This document shows positions 8,563 through 17,741 of a stretch of DNA of 64,000 bases, one piece after another. How positions within the stretch are numbered: position 1 is the first letter of the stretch; each line of letters begins with the position of its first letter. This stretch comes from an uncultured Thiomicrospira sp. (GTDB taxonomy: Bacteria; Pseudomonadota; Gammaproteobacteria; CAKMZV01): the NCBI GenBank assembly GCA_965195345.1, contig OZ239628.1, positions 864,001 to 928,000 of the forward strand, in the 5' to 3' direction. Made by a program: the position numbers and the translations under genes. The notes beneath the pieces were generated by a model that searched no databases, was not told where the DNA came from, and saw nothing but the letters and a program-made list of their open reading frames with translations.

Positions 8563-9783
8563 TTAAGCCGATTTGAGTTTTTCCACGATGAGTGTTGCGT
8601 TCGTGCCCCCAAAGCCAAAGCTGTTGGACATAAATGTATTGATTTCCATATCTGCCCGTTTTCTTAAAATAGGCATGTTAGCTGCTTCAGGATCGATTTC
8701 TTCAATATTTATTGATTCACAAGCGAAATTTTCTTCTTGCATAATTAAACAATAGATCAGCTCTTGAATTCCCGATGCACCCAAAGAATGTCCTGTCATT
8801 GATTTTGTTGAGCTTAAAGGTGGCATATTTTTAGGAAAAACTGCTTTTAGAGCTTCTAATTCTCGGATGTCTCCAATTGGTGTGCTGGTTCCGTGTGCGT
8901 TAATGTAATCGATTTTCTTCCCTTTATTCATGTCGATTGCTTGTTGCATGCATCGCTTAGCGCCATCTCCTGAAGGTTGTACCATATCATAACCATCAGA
9001 AGTAGAGCCATATCCTACTATCTCACCATATATCTTGGCATTACGCTTAAGCGCATGTTCAAGTTCTTCTAACACGACTATTCCCCCACCGCCAGAAATT
9101 ACAAAACCGTCTCTATTTGCATCATATGCTCGGGAGGCTTTTTCGGGGGTATCATTGTATTTTGATGATAAAGCACCCATGGCATCGAAAAGAACGGATT
9201 CCGTCCAATGCAATTCTTCCCCTGCACCAGCAAAGACAATATCTTGCTTGCCAAATTGGATGAGTTCGGCGCCATGGCCAACACAGTGTGCTCCTGTAGC
9301 ACATGCGCTACTGATTGAGTAGCTAACTCCGTGTATTTTAAAAGGTGTGGCCAAACAAGCTGAAGCTGTGCTCGACATTGTGCGCGTTACTCTATAAGGG
9401 CCTACTCGTTTTACGCCTTTTTCAAGCAACAGGTTAGCAGACTCAACGACATTGGAAGTAGATGCCCCTCCCGAACCAACTACGACACCTACTCTGCTGT
9501 TTGACTCGTAGTGTTCAGGTAAAAGATTCGCATCAGCAATGGCATCGCTCATTGAAAGATAAGAAAATATTGCGGTGTCACTCATGAAACGCAGTGTTTT
9601 CCGAGGTATTAATTCAGGGTTGTAAGTGGGATTACCATGTACTTGAGAGCGAAATCCAATTTCTTGATATGTGGGCGCTGCACTTATGCCTGATTTCCCT
9701 TCAAATAAATGTTCTTTAACGCTTTCTTTAGTGTTTCCTATACAAGAAACGATTCCTATACCAGTTATTACTACTCTACGCAT
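8563..9783 (-). CDS. fabB: Beta-ketoacyl-ACP synthase I
   Basis: [32 protein letters not shown] and [10 protein letters not shown]. Adjacent to fabA. Confidence 0.95.
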   Translation of the reverse strand: MRRVVITGIGIVSCIGNTKESVKEHLFEGKSGISAAPTYQEIGFRSQVHGNPTYNPELIPRKTLRFMSDTAIFSYLSMSDAIADANLLPEHYESNSRVGVVVGSGGASTSNVVESANLLLEKGVKRVGPYRVTRTMSSTASACLATPFKIHGVSYSISSACATGAHCVGHGAELIQFGKQDIVFAGAGEELHWTESVLFDAMGALSSKYNDTPEKASRAYDANRDGFVISGGGGIVVLEELEHALKRNAKIYGEIVGYGSTSDGYDMVQPSGDGAKRCMQQAIDMNKGKKIDYINAHGTSTPIGDIRELEALKAVFPKNMPPLSSTKSMTGHSLGASGIQELIYCLIMQEENFACESINIEEIDPEAANMPILRKRADMEINTFMSNSFGFGGTNATLIVEKLKSA

Positions 9784-9796
9784 ATTTTCTCATTAT

Positions 9797-10327
9797 TTAA
9801 AAATCTTTAGTTTCTTTAAACAGTCCTACTCTAAGATCACTGGCTGAATAAATTGCTTTGCCGTCAACAATTAAAATTCCGTCAGCTATACCCATGCAAA
9901 GTTTTCGATGGATAACGCGTTTGAAGTCAATTTGATAACTAATTTTTTTACAATCAGGGACCACTTGACCAAAAAATTTTAATTCCCCAGCACCTAATGC
10001 TCGACCTCTTCCTTCTCCGCCTGACCAAGCAAGAAAGAAACCAATCAGCTGCCACATAGCATCCAGTCCAAGGCAACCAGGCATTACAGGGTCGTCTTCA
10101 AAATGGCATCCAAAAAACCAATGGTCTTTTTTGATATCAAGCTCAGCATGAGTATGCCCTTTCTGATAACGACCACCTGTTCTGGATATCTGAGTAATAC
10201 GATCAAACATTAATAAAGGTGGTTGAGGCAATTGGGCGTTTCCTGGGCCAAATAAATCGCCTTTTCCACACTTGAGTAAATCGTCGTATCCGTAAAAATC
10301 TTTTGGTTGAAAATTCATGATGGACAA
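9797..10327 (-). CDS. fabA: 3-hydroxydecanoyl-ACP dehydratase/isomerase
   Basis: [10 protein letters not shown] and [25 protein letters not shown]. Confidence 0.97.
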   Translation of the reverse strand: MSIMNFQPKDFYGYDDLLKCGKGDLFGPGNAQLPQPPLLMFDRITQISRTGGRYQKGHTHAELDIKKDHWFFGCHFEDDPVMPGCLGLDAMWQLIGFFLAWSGGEGRGRALGAGELKFFGQVVPDCKKISYQIDFKRVIHRKLCMGIADGILIVDGKAIYSASDLRVGLFKETKDF

Positions 10328-10373
10328 TTATACCTTCTTACACGGAATTCATGGTGTTAGGTGATCAAAGAGT

Positions 10374-11084
10374 TTATTTTTCCCAAGAAGGAATGATAGG
10401 ATTACCCATCGAAGTCATATATTGTTCATGAAGAATTCGTTCTTTTGAGTGCACTTTAATAGGTAATAGTACGGAAGGGTCAAAGGATGTTAGTGATTCG
10501 GAGATGTCTTCATTATGTTTTGAATTTCTTTTAAAAAGAATGTTTTGCCCACTTGTTAAAGCCAAGTAGACTTGAGCAAGTAGATCACAATCTATTAAAG
10601 CGCCGTGCAAGGTTCGGTTTGAATTGTTCACTCCAAACTTCTGGCATAAAGCGTCCAGGCTGTTTCGCCCACTGGGGTATCTTTTGCGCGCCATTTCCAA
10701 AGTGCAGCTTATATGAGAATAATGCTCTATCTGATGGTATTTTTCAGGATCTAATTTTTTTAACTCATGATTGATGAATCCAACATCGAATGAGGCATTA
10801 TGAATGATTAGCCGACTTCCTTTAATGAAGTTTAAAAATTCATCCGCTATTTCTGAAAATAAAGGCTTGTCGAGCAATTCGCCTAAAGAGATTCCATGAA
10901 TTCTTTCAGCATCGACTTCAATTGGGCGTTCTGGGTTTATAAATTCATGGAACTTTCGATCAGTTACTGTCCGATCAATCATTTCTATAGCGGCAATTTC
11001 AATGATTCGGTTGTCATCGCTTGTTCGAAGTCCCGTCGTTTCTGTATCTAAGATTACTAAACGCTCATTTTCAGTTTTTATCAT
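10374..11084 (-). CDS. dnaQ: DNA polymerase III epsilon subunit
   Basis: LDTETTG, IHNASFDVGF, NSLDALC and LHGALIDCDLLAQVYLALTSGQ. Confidence 0.95.
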   Translation of the reverse strand: MIKTENERLVILDTETTGLRTSDDNRIIEIAAIEMIDRTVTDRKFHEFINPERPIEVDAERIHGISLGELLDKPLFSEIADEFLNFIKGSRLIIHNASFDVGFINHELKKLDPEKYHQIEHYSHISCTLEMARKRYPSGRNSLDALCQKFGVNNSNRTLHGALIDCDLLAQVYLALTSGQNILFKRNSKHNEDISESLTSFDPSVLLPIKVHSKERILHEQYMTSMGNPIIPSWEK

Positions 11085-11128
11085 GCGAGTTATTTTCGCT
11101 TTTACTGATTTACTTTGCTTGAAAATTT

Positions 11129-11146
11129 AACAGATAATTATCTGTT
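11129..11146. promoter_or_regulatory. Perfect 18-bp palindrome in the dnaQ/slyD divergent region, candidate operator
   Basis: aacagataattatctgtt is its own reverse complement and lies about 45 bp upstream of the dnaQ ATG. Confidence 0.45.
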
Positions 11147-11350
11147 TCTGATAACAAGCGGTTGCAGAGTTTCTAAAAGATTAGTACCCATGTTTTTTAC
11201 TTAAAAATCAATAACAAACTTCAATGTATGAAGTGTTTTTGGGGGACAATAAACACATTGGCAGTGATTTGCTAAACGCCCTTAAATGGCGTGCAGCGTA
11301 CTTGCAATGAACTAGGTGTTCCATTCTTAATTTAAAACATTCGTACTTAA

Positions 11351-11782
11351 ATGCATAATAAAAAGCGGAGATTAACGATTACGTACTTAGTCAAGAACCA
11401 AGATGGTGCTGTTGTTGCCAGTAATGAAAAAGATGGCGAACTCATTTCTTACACAGAAGGGGCTGAAGAAATAGTCAGAGGTTTAGAGGTTTTTTTAATG
11501 GACAAAGAGAAGGGTTTTTGTGGAACGGTCACAGTTGCGGCTGAAGATGCATTTGGAATACATGACCCTGAAACAGTTATAGTGGCTCAGCCGCATCACT
11601 TTGATGACTCCGATGTGAAGGTGGGAGATGAAGTTATGGGCAGCGATGAGTACGAAGGAATAGTTTTTCGAGTGGTGAAAATGGATTCAGAAGGAGTGAC
11701 ATTGGACGCGAACCATCCTTTAGCAGGAATGGACTTAACCTACGAAGTGGAAGTCATTCAGGTTCAAGAAGTACTTGTATGA
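11351..11782 (+). CDS. FKBP-type peptidyl-prolyl isomerase, SlyD/SlpA-like, without His-rich tail
   Basis: IVRGLE, AEDAFG and VTLDANHPLAGMDLTYEVEV. Confidence 0.85.
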   Translation: MHNKKRRLTITYLVKNQDGAVVASNEKDGELISYTEGAEEIVRGLEVFLMDKEKGFCGTVTVAAEDAFGIHDPETVIVAQPHHFDDSDVKVGDEVMGSDEYEGIVFRVVKMDSEGVTLDANHPLAGMDLTYEVEVIQVQEVLV

Positions 11783-12348
11783 AAATTTTCACTCGCTTAT
11801 ATGACTGGGTATTATCTGTAAGTGCTCGACCACGGGCTAAGCAGTTTTTAGGTGTATTGAGTTTTGCTGAGTCTTCGTTTTTTCCTATTCCACCTGATGT
11901 TATGTTGATGCCAATGAGTGTGGCTAATCCATCTAAGTGGTTCAGTCTTGCATTACTAACTACAATTACTTCAGTTTTAGGTGGACTGTTAGGCTATGTT
12001 TTGGGAGTCATTGCAATTGATTCAATATTGCCTATTATCGAACAATATGGTTATACTAAATCGTATTATCAAACGCTTGAGTGGTTTGAGAATTATGGTG
12101 TTTTGATTGTTTTTCTTGCAGGTGTAACGCCAATACCTTATAAAATATTTACAATAGCATCAGGTGCTTTTGGAGTGAATTTGATAGGATTTATAGTCAT
12201 GTCACTTTTAGGCAGAGGAGTTCGTTTTTTTCTGGTTGCTTTTTTGAGTGCACGATTGGGTGCTATCGTTGCCAATAAATTAAGAAAGTATTTTGATAGG
12301 ATTGGTTGGTTTTGTGTTTGTTTGATTGTTGTTTGGATACTGTATTAA
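11779..12348 (+). CDS. yqaA: YqaA/DedA family membrane protein
   Basis: LSFAESSFFPIPPDVMLMPM, AGVTPIPYKIFTIASG and GRGVRFF. Confidence 0.9.
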   Translation: MKIFTRLYDWVLSVSARPRAKQFLGVLSFAESSFFPIPPDVMLMPMSVANPSKWFSLALLTTITSVLGGLLGYVLGVIAIDSILPIIEQYGYTKSYYQTLEWFENYGVLIVFLAGVTPIPYKIFTIASGAFGVNLIGFIVMSLLGRGVRFFLVAFLSARLGAIVANKLRKYFDRIGWFCVCLIVVWILY

Positions 12349-12354
12349 AAGTCA

Positions 12355-14037
12355 ATGAAATTTTTTAGTATTATCATTATTCTATTATTGTTTTCTGCGT
12401 GCACAAGCACAGCACCTCAAGAGAAGAAAACAGTTGAGATTCTAGACGCAACAGAAAAGTCCGAGTCGTCTAATCTTGTTCGTGAAGTTAAAAATGATTC
12501 AAGTCGATCTAATGAAGAAGGTAATGTTGTCGTTAGTAAAATTACTCCTTCGAAAATTAGCACTGAAGGAACGGAAAAAGAAATTTTCGCAAACGAATCA
12601 CAGGATGGTAAACAATCTTTGAATCAACAATTGGTAACGTTCTGCAAACAGCCATTTGCTTTGCTCAGCAACAAGAATGTTTTGAAACAACTTATTGAAG
12701 AATGTGACTGGAATATTGAGTATATTCTTAAAATAAACGAACTTACTAATTTGGAAGATTTTGCGCGACATCGACCAGTAACACTGCCAGCAGCGGTGCA
12801 GAAAAGATCATTTGAAAAACATCTTAGACCAGAAAATATTTCAAGAGTAAATTGTGGCAGTAGCTATGCGATTGTTGATAAAGGTCATACATTAACCAAC
12901 ATTGCCAATCAATGCGATTGGAACATAGAACAAATGGCCATTATTAATGGATATCAGAGAATGGATGAAGATTTGTATATCGGTCAGACATTATTAACTC
13001 CTGAAGTTATCACAGAATTAAAAAGAAAGATGAGATTGAAATCTGAATCAATTCAGCCTGATGCACAACAAAATTCAAGTGTAGATCGGCTTTCTGTAAG
13101 TACTCAGAGAAACACTTTTGAACAACTAAATACTGATAGCTCTGCTAATAGTTTCCCTTCTTATTGCACCTATGATAAGTATGTATTAAAGGCACCTATT
13201 TTGTTGAGTCAGTTGGCGGCTAAATGCGGTTTTAATCCTCGTTATCTTGCCCACTTGAATCAATCCAAAGCAAATAAAAAATTTCAAACGAGTGATGTTG
13301 TTTTATTTCCAGCTATAGTAAGTAAAGATGTTAAGAAAAGGGTGTTTAAAAAACCATTCCCCGTAAAAAACTGCTCCAAGAAATATCATAAAGTTAAGGC
13401 GGGAGAGAGCATTGCTAAAATAGCTATAGCTTGTCAATGGGATTATCGCCATTTACTTACTCTGAATAAAATGAAAGCGACTCAAATTCTTGAAGTGGGG
13501 CAGAAATTGCTTTTCCCGAATGCCTTATATTTGAGGGGAAGGGGGAAAAGTGTTTTGAAGACCGATGTTGGAAACAAAAATAAAAGTCCCATCAAAATCG
13601 CCAGCTTTTCTAGAATGTTGAAAAAAGAAGACTGCATTCGAAGTGTATGGCGTGTATTTTCTAACACAACGGTTGACGAGATAGCGACGGTGTGTGGATG
13701 GAAGCGTGAAACGCTTATGCTCTTGAATGGTTGGGGTACAAATAATAGACTGATTAAAAAAGAGGTGATTCTATTACCTAAAATATTTGAATTAGTGCGC
13801 AAACGATATAAAGTTGGTGTTGAAAGCGAAGATAAAAAACGAAAAAGCAAACCTTCTTTTGAGTGCAATAAGAAAAGAATAACTTCCCAAAAAGATATTG
13901 CATTACAGACTATTGCTGAAAAATGTGGGTGGCATATTCAGTACTTATTACTACTGAATGATTTAACTCCTCAACAACGAGATACTAAGAGGAGTCAATA
14001 TGTACTGCCCCCTATATTGTCTAACGCCCCATCATGA
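12355..14037 (+). CDS. Lipoprotein with six Cys-paired LysM-like repeats
   Basis: Lipobox LFSA-C. Clear LysM units YAIVDKGHTLTNIA...LYIGQTLLTP and YHKVKAGESIAKIA...LEVGQKLLFP, plus four divergent copies. Confidence 0.8.
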   Translation: MKFFSIIIILLLFSACTSTAPQEKKTVEILDATEKSESSNLVREVKNDSSRSNEEGNVVVSKITPSKISTEGTEKEIFANESQDGKQSLNQQLVTFCKQPFALLSNKNVLKQLIEECDWNIEYILKINELTNLEDFARHRPVTLPAAVQKRSFEKHLRPENISRVNCGSSYAIVDKGHTLTNIANQCDWNIEQMAIINGYQRMDEDLYIGQTLLTPEVITELKRKMRLKSESIQPDAQQNSSVDRLSVSTQRNTFEQLNTDSSANSFPSYCTYDKYVLKAPILLSQLAAKCGFNPRYLAHLNQSKANKKFQTSDVVLFPAIVSKDVKKRVFKKPFPVKNCSKKYHKVKAGESIAKIAIACQWDYRHLLTLNKMKATQILEVGQKLLFPNALYLRGRGKSVLKTDVGNKNKSPIKIASFSRMLKKEDCIRSVWRVFSNTTVDEIATVCGWKRETLMLLNGWGTNNRLIKKEVILLPKIFELVRKRYKVGVESEDKKRKSKPSFECNKKRITSQKDIALQTIAEKCGWHIQYLLLLNDLTPQQRDTKRSQYVLPPILSNAPS

Positions 14038-14085
14038 TTGTGAACGCACATCGTGATTGTTCGCCACGCATAATTATTAATTAAA

Positions 14086-15291
14086 ATGAATTCAGTTATC
14101 ATCATTGGTTCTGGGCAAGCAGGATTACAAGTAGCTTTAAGTCTTAGAGAATATGGGTATGAAGGGACTGTAACTTTATTCGGTGATGAGCCTTTATTAC
14201 CGTATCAACGTCCTCCATTGTCTAAAGGATTTCTTACTGGCGCATTTGAACAAGAGCGTTTGATTTTACGTGAGTTAGATGTGTTGACAAAAAAACGCAT
14301 TGTTTATATCAATGAGCGAGTGACTTCTATAGATCCAGAGAATAATTCCATCGCAACAGATAATAAAAAATATGTTTTCGATTTCTTAATTTTGGCGCTG
14401 GGAGGACAAGCAAGAATCCCTTCTATAGAAGGGGCAGAATTGAATGGGGTAATCGGTCTGCGCTCTTTAGCGGATGCACAAAGAATTAAAGAGCAGTCAA
14501 AGAAAACACAAGACGTTGTTGTGTTGGGTGGTGGTTTTATTGGACTTGAAGTTGCGGCAAGTATGCGTTCTCTTGGTAAAAATGTTCATGTAATAGAGGG
14601 AGCAGATCGCTTATTAAACAGAGTAGTATGCGCTGATATGAGTCAATTTTTTATGAAGCTGCATGCTGATGAAGGTGTAGATTTTCGATTGAATACATCA
14701 ATTGAGAAAATCTCTGGAAAAGGCAAGGTGGAACAAGTTATTCTCAGTGACGGTGAGGTCATTGAAACACAGTTGGTGATTGTCGGAGTAGGGCTGCATG
14801 TTGACGAATCCATGATGTCGGCTGGAGGAATAGCTTGTGATAGAGGGGCTTTGGTTAATGAAAATGCGCAGACTGTGCGGAAAAATATATATGCAATAGG
14901 CGATTGCAGTGTTCAGCCACACTACAGAGATGGACGAATGATTCGCATAGAGTCAGTGCAAAATGCCATTGATCAAGCGAAAAAAGTAGCTGCTCATATT
15001 ACGGGCGTTGAATTGAGAAACCAACCGATTGTTCCATGGTTTTGGAGTGATCAATTTCATGTTAAATGGCAAATGGCAGGGTGGAACGATCCTTTTGATG
15101 TCTCTATTTGCAGGGGTGGGGCAGACAAGTTTTCAATATTTTATTTAAAAAATCAACGCATGCAAAGTGTCGTTAGTATAAATAGTCCTGCTGATCATAT
15201 GATGGCAAGAAAACTGTTGCTATCCGCTGATAAGCAGTATGATGCTAAATTATTAGCCGATAACACCGTATCTTTAAAGTCACTGTTATAG
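14086..15291 (+). CDS. FAD/NAD(H)-dependent ferredoxin reductase (putidaredoxin reductase/HcaD-like)
   Basis: IIGSGQAG, PYQRPPLSKGFL, VLGGGFIGLEVAA, AIGDC, RIESVQNA and VPWFWSDQ. Confidence 0.9.
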   Translation: MNSVIIIGSGQAGLQVALSLREYGYEGTVTLFGDEPLLPYQRPPLSKGFLTGAFEQERLILRELDVLTKKRIVYINERVTSIDPENNSIATDNKKYVFDFLILALGGQARIPSIEGAELNGVIGLRSLADAQRIKEQSKKTQDVVVLGGGFIGLEVAASMRSLGKNVHVIEGADRLLNRVVCADMSQFFMKLHADEGVDFRLNTSIEKISGKGKVEQVILSDGEVIETQLVIVGVGLHVDESMMSAGGIACDRGALVNENAQTVRKNIYAIGDCSVQPHYRDGRMIRIESVQNAIDQAKKVAAHITGVELRNQPIVPWFWSDQFHVKWQMAGWNDPFDVSICRGGADKFSIFYLKNQRMQSVVSINSPADHMMARKLLLSADKQYDAKLLADNTVSLKSLL

Positions 15292-15486
15292 TTTTTTTAA
15301 AACTTGTCAAACGCCGATCAAACGCATAGTGCTAATCTGAAATGGCTTTTTCTTTAGTATCCGCGCGTTTCAGTCTTTGACCAACCCAATAAGAATTTTT
15401 TCAGCAATTTCTGCAAATAATGTTCGGATGATTTTAATAGACATAGTAATGTGATCTGTTCGTATAAGTTGTGATGAGCCATAATT

Positions 15487-15606
15487 TCACTATAAAGTAA
15501 AAGAAAATGGCAAATAGAGCATTGTTAATCGTGATGGCAATGGCATGAGTGTGTTGGACTCATGTATTATATTTATTCAAAAAAATCACTATAAAGTCAA
15601 AAGAAA
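15487..15606. repeat. Imperfect ~20-bp direct repeat flanking a 7-bp inverted repeat, upstream of an OMP gene
   Basis: tcactataaagt-aaaagaaa (15487-15506) and tcactataaagtcaaaagaaa (15586-15606), with catgagt-N7-actcatg at 15544-15564. Confidence 0.6.
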
Positions 15607-15787
15607 GTTAATTAAAGAAGCGCATATGATTATATATAAACTCTGAAAAAAATTATCCGAAGATTTACTCTTAATATCTTTAATTTTCAGGGATTGCTGA
15701 GCGTTAAAGATTGTTGAAAATACTTCGAAAAAACTTTAAATTATTGAATATAATTATTTAATATTTCTAAACTTAAATGGTTTCAAA

Positions 15788-16396
15788 ATGAATAAAATAA
15801 AAATCTTTCTCTTGTTGATGATTTTCACTGGGTCTGCTTGGTCTGCTTCAGGTGTGGAAATAAGTCTGTCTGATGAAGATATCAATCTTGGTTTATTTTC
15901 AAGCACTTTGTTTGAAGATACTGATAAAGAGGACGAACGTTATGGTGATGTTTATGCTCATGTTAACTTTTTGATTGCTGATCAAGGGAATAGAAATGTG
16001 CTGGATGGGATAATAGAGGTGAGCCGACAAATTCCATTAGAAAGCAGTAGGTTTGCTTTTGGAGTAGGTCTTAGGCCTCTGTATGCTCGATTCGAAAGAA
16101 ATGATCGTGATCAGGACGTTGTTGCTTTGCAATTGGGTGGTAAGGGAGGATACGACTTTTCAGTTGGGGAAGAGATTGATATCTACATTCAAGGAAGTAT
16201 TTATTTTGCTCCCAAAATACTGACTTTTTCTAATCAGTTTGCAAGCGTAGTATATGCAAATTTTCAGGTAGGCATTTATGTAATAGCAAATACTGCTTTT
16301 TACATTGAGTATGAAAGCGAAGAAATTGAAGCTGAGGAAGGAGAAAATGTTGAAATAGTGAACGGTGTTTTATTTGGGCTGCGCATAGGATTTTGA
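15788..16396 (+). CDS. YfaZ-like outer-membrane beta-barrel protein
   Basis: Signal peptide (AWS-A), amphipathic beta strands, IYFAPKILTFS motif and C-terminal Phe (GLRIGF). Confidence 0.65.
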   Translation: MNKIKIFLLLMIFTGSAWSASGVEISLSDEDINLGLFSSTLFEDTDKEDERYGDVYAHVNFLIADQGNRNVLDGIIEVSRQIPLESSRFAFGVGLRPLYARFERNDRDQDVVALQLGGKGGYDFSVGEEIDIYIQGSIYFAPKILTFSNQFASVVYANFQVGIYVIANTAFYIEYESEEIEAEEGENVEIVNGVLFGLRIGF

Positions 16397-16431
16397 CGTA
16401 TGAAATTTGATGGAGGAGTGATTTTTGAGAC

Positions 16432-16791
16432 TCAATTGAGCACAGTGTAACCTCTGTTGCTTAGACAATTTCTAATAACTTTATCTTTCTTTTTATCAGA
16501 TTCTCCATAGCCACCCAAAGCCCCTAAAGAAGAACCAACTCCCGCTCCCGTTAGTGCAGAGTCTTTTTTCCCACTGAGCGAACCGATTACTCCGCCAACT
16601 AAAGCGCCTCCTAGTGCGGATTCCGCAATTTCTCCAGTTGTGTCCACTTGGTTAGCCAATTCGGTGCATTGCGCTAGATCGGAGTTATATTTTTCAGGAT
16701 CAACCCCGTATGTATCTACAATCGCTCGGGGTGTGCTAGAACATCCACTAAACAAAAAAAATATTGACAAAATAAGGCATGTTTTTTTCAT
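16432..16791 (-). CDS. Glycine-zipper lipoprotein
   Basis: Lipobox LFSG-C, GGALVGGVIG...GAGVGSSLGALGG, DLAQC and NCLSNRGY. Confidence 0.8.
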   Translation of the reverse strand: MKKTCLILSIFFLFSGCSSTPRAIVDTYGVDPEKYNSDLAQCTELANQVDTTGEIAESALGGALVGGVIGSLSGKKDSALTGAGVGSSLGALGGYGESDKKKDKVIRNCLSNRGYTVLN

Positions 16792-16861
16792 GATTCTATC
16801 ATCCTGTGCGATTACAATGAATTTTTAAGACACCCTTAATTATAAATTAGTTGAAAGTAAT

Positions 16862-17107
16862 ATGGCTTTGAAAATAAACGATAGTTGCGTTAACTGTGAT
16901 ATGTGCGAACCAGAATGTCCCAATGAGGCAATTTACATGGGCGATGTTGTCTATGAAATTGATCCTGATAAATGCACTGAATGCATAGGTTATTATGACA
17001 AGCCCACTTGCCAGAAAGTATGTCCAATTACGAAATGCGTCGTTCTTGATCCTAATTATATTGAAACTGAAGAACAGCTTCTATCAAAATTAGCAGGACT
17101 GTTGTGA
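16862..17107 (+). CDS. yfhL: YfhL family 2x[4Fe-4S] ferredoxin
   Basis: CVNCDMCEPECPNEAI and CTECIGYYDKPTCQKVCP. Confidence 0.92.
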   Translation: MALKINDSCVNCDMCEPECPNEAIYMGDVVYEIDPDKCTECIGYYDKPTCQKVCPITKCVVLDPNYIETEEQLLSKLAGLL

Positions 17108-17718
17108 AGCCCGTTTGGTGGGAAGATGCCAAAATCTATTTATGCAAGAGTGACCCCATACTTTCAAAGATCATAGAGTGTTATCCTGAAAGCATTTTAT
17201 ACAGGAGCTCTGATGCTTTTTCTGCATTGGTTAATTCTATAATTGGTCAACAGATTTCGGTTAAAGCCGCTCATGCAATTCGTGGGCGATTACAAAGTCA
17301 AATTGGATTCACTTCATCTATTCTTCACAACGCGCCGATAGAAACGCTAAGATCCGTTGGACTCTCTTCACAGAAAGCAGGCTATATAAAAAACATTGCA
17401 CAATGGTTTGAACTCAATGCAGTTGACGAGCAATGGTTTGAAAAAACGGATAATTCGATTATTCGGTCAGAGTTGCTAAAAATAAAGGGAATTGGGAATT
17501 GGACTGTCGAAATGTTTGAGATGTTTTATCTTCTTGACGCAAATATTTTTCCGAAGGGTGACTTGGGACTTATTAAAGGGATTGAATCGGCCTATGCTGT
17601 CAATAGACTTGAAGCAAAGGAGTTGCTGCTTGAGTTGGAGAAAAAATGGAGTCCTTATTTAAGTGCTGCTACATGGTATTTATGGCGTAGTCTTGATCCT
17701 AAAGAAGTAAACTATTGA
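17104..17718 (+). CDS. DNA-3-methyladenine glycosylase II (AlkA-like, HhH-GPD)
   Basis: IIGQQISVKAA, LLKIKGIGNWTVEMF, FPKGDLG and WSPYLSAATWYLWRS. Confidence 0.9.
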   Translation: MKPVWWEDAKIYLCKSDPILSKIIECYPESILYRSSDAFSALVNSIIGQQISVKAAHAIRGRLQSQIGFTSSILHNAPIETLRSVGLSSQKAGYIKNIAQWFELNAVDEQWFEKTDNSIIRSELLKIKGIGNWTVEMFEMFYLLDANIFPKGDLGLIKGIESAYAVNRLEAKELLLELEKKWSPYLSAATWYLWRSLDPKEVNY

Positions 17719-17741
17719 TTTTTTTGTGAGAATAATTTCAA

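Noticed and set aside
11142-11157. LexA box upstream of dnaQ (ctgt-N8-acaa)
   Set aside because: It mismatches the invariant CAG half-site, and the neighbouring palindrome has its half-sites in the wrong order.
11224-11310. 28-codon ORF MYEVFLGDNKHIGSDLLNALKWRAAYLQ upstream of the slyD-like gene
   Set aside because: No RBS or recognisable motif, and the length is compatible with chance.
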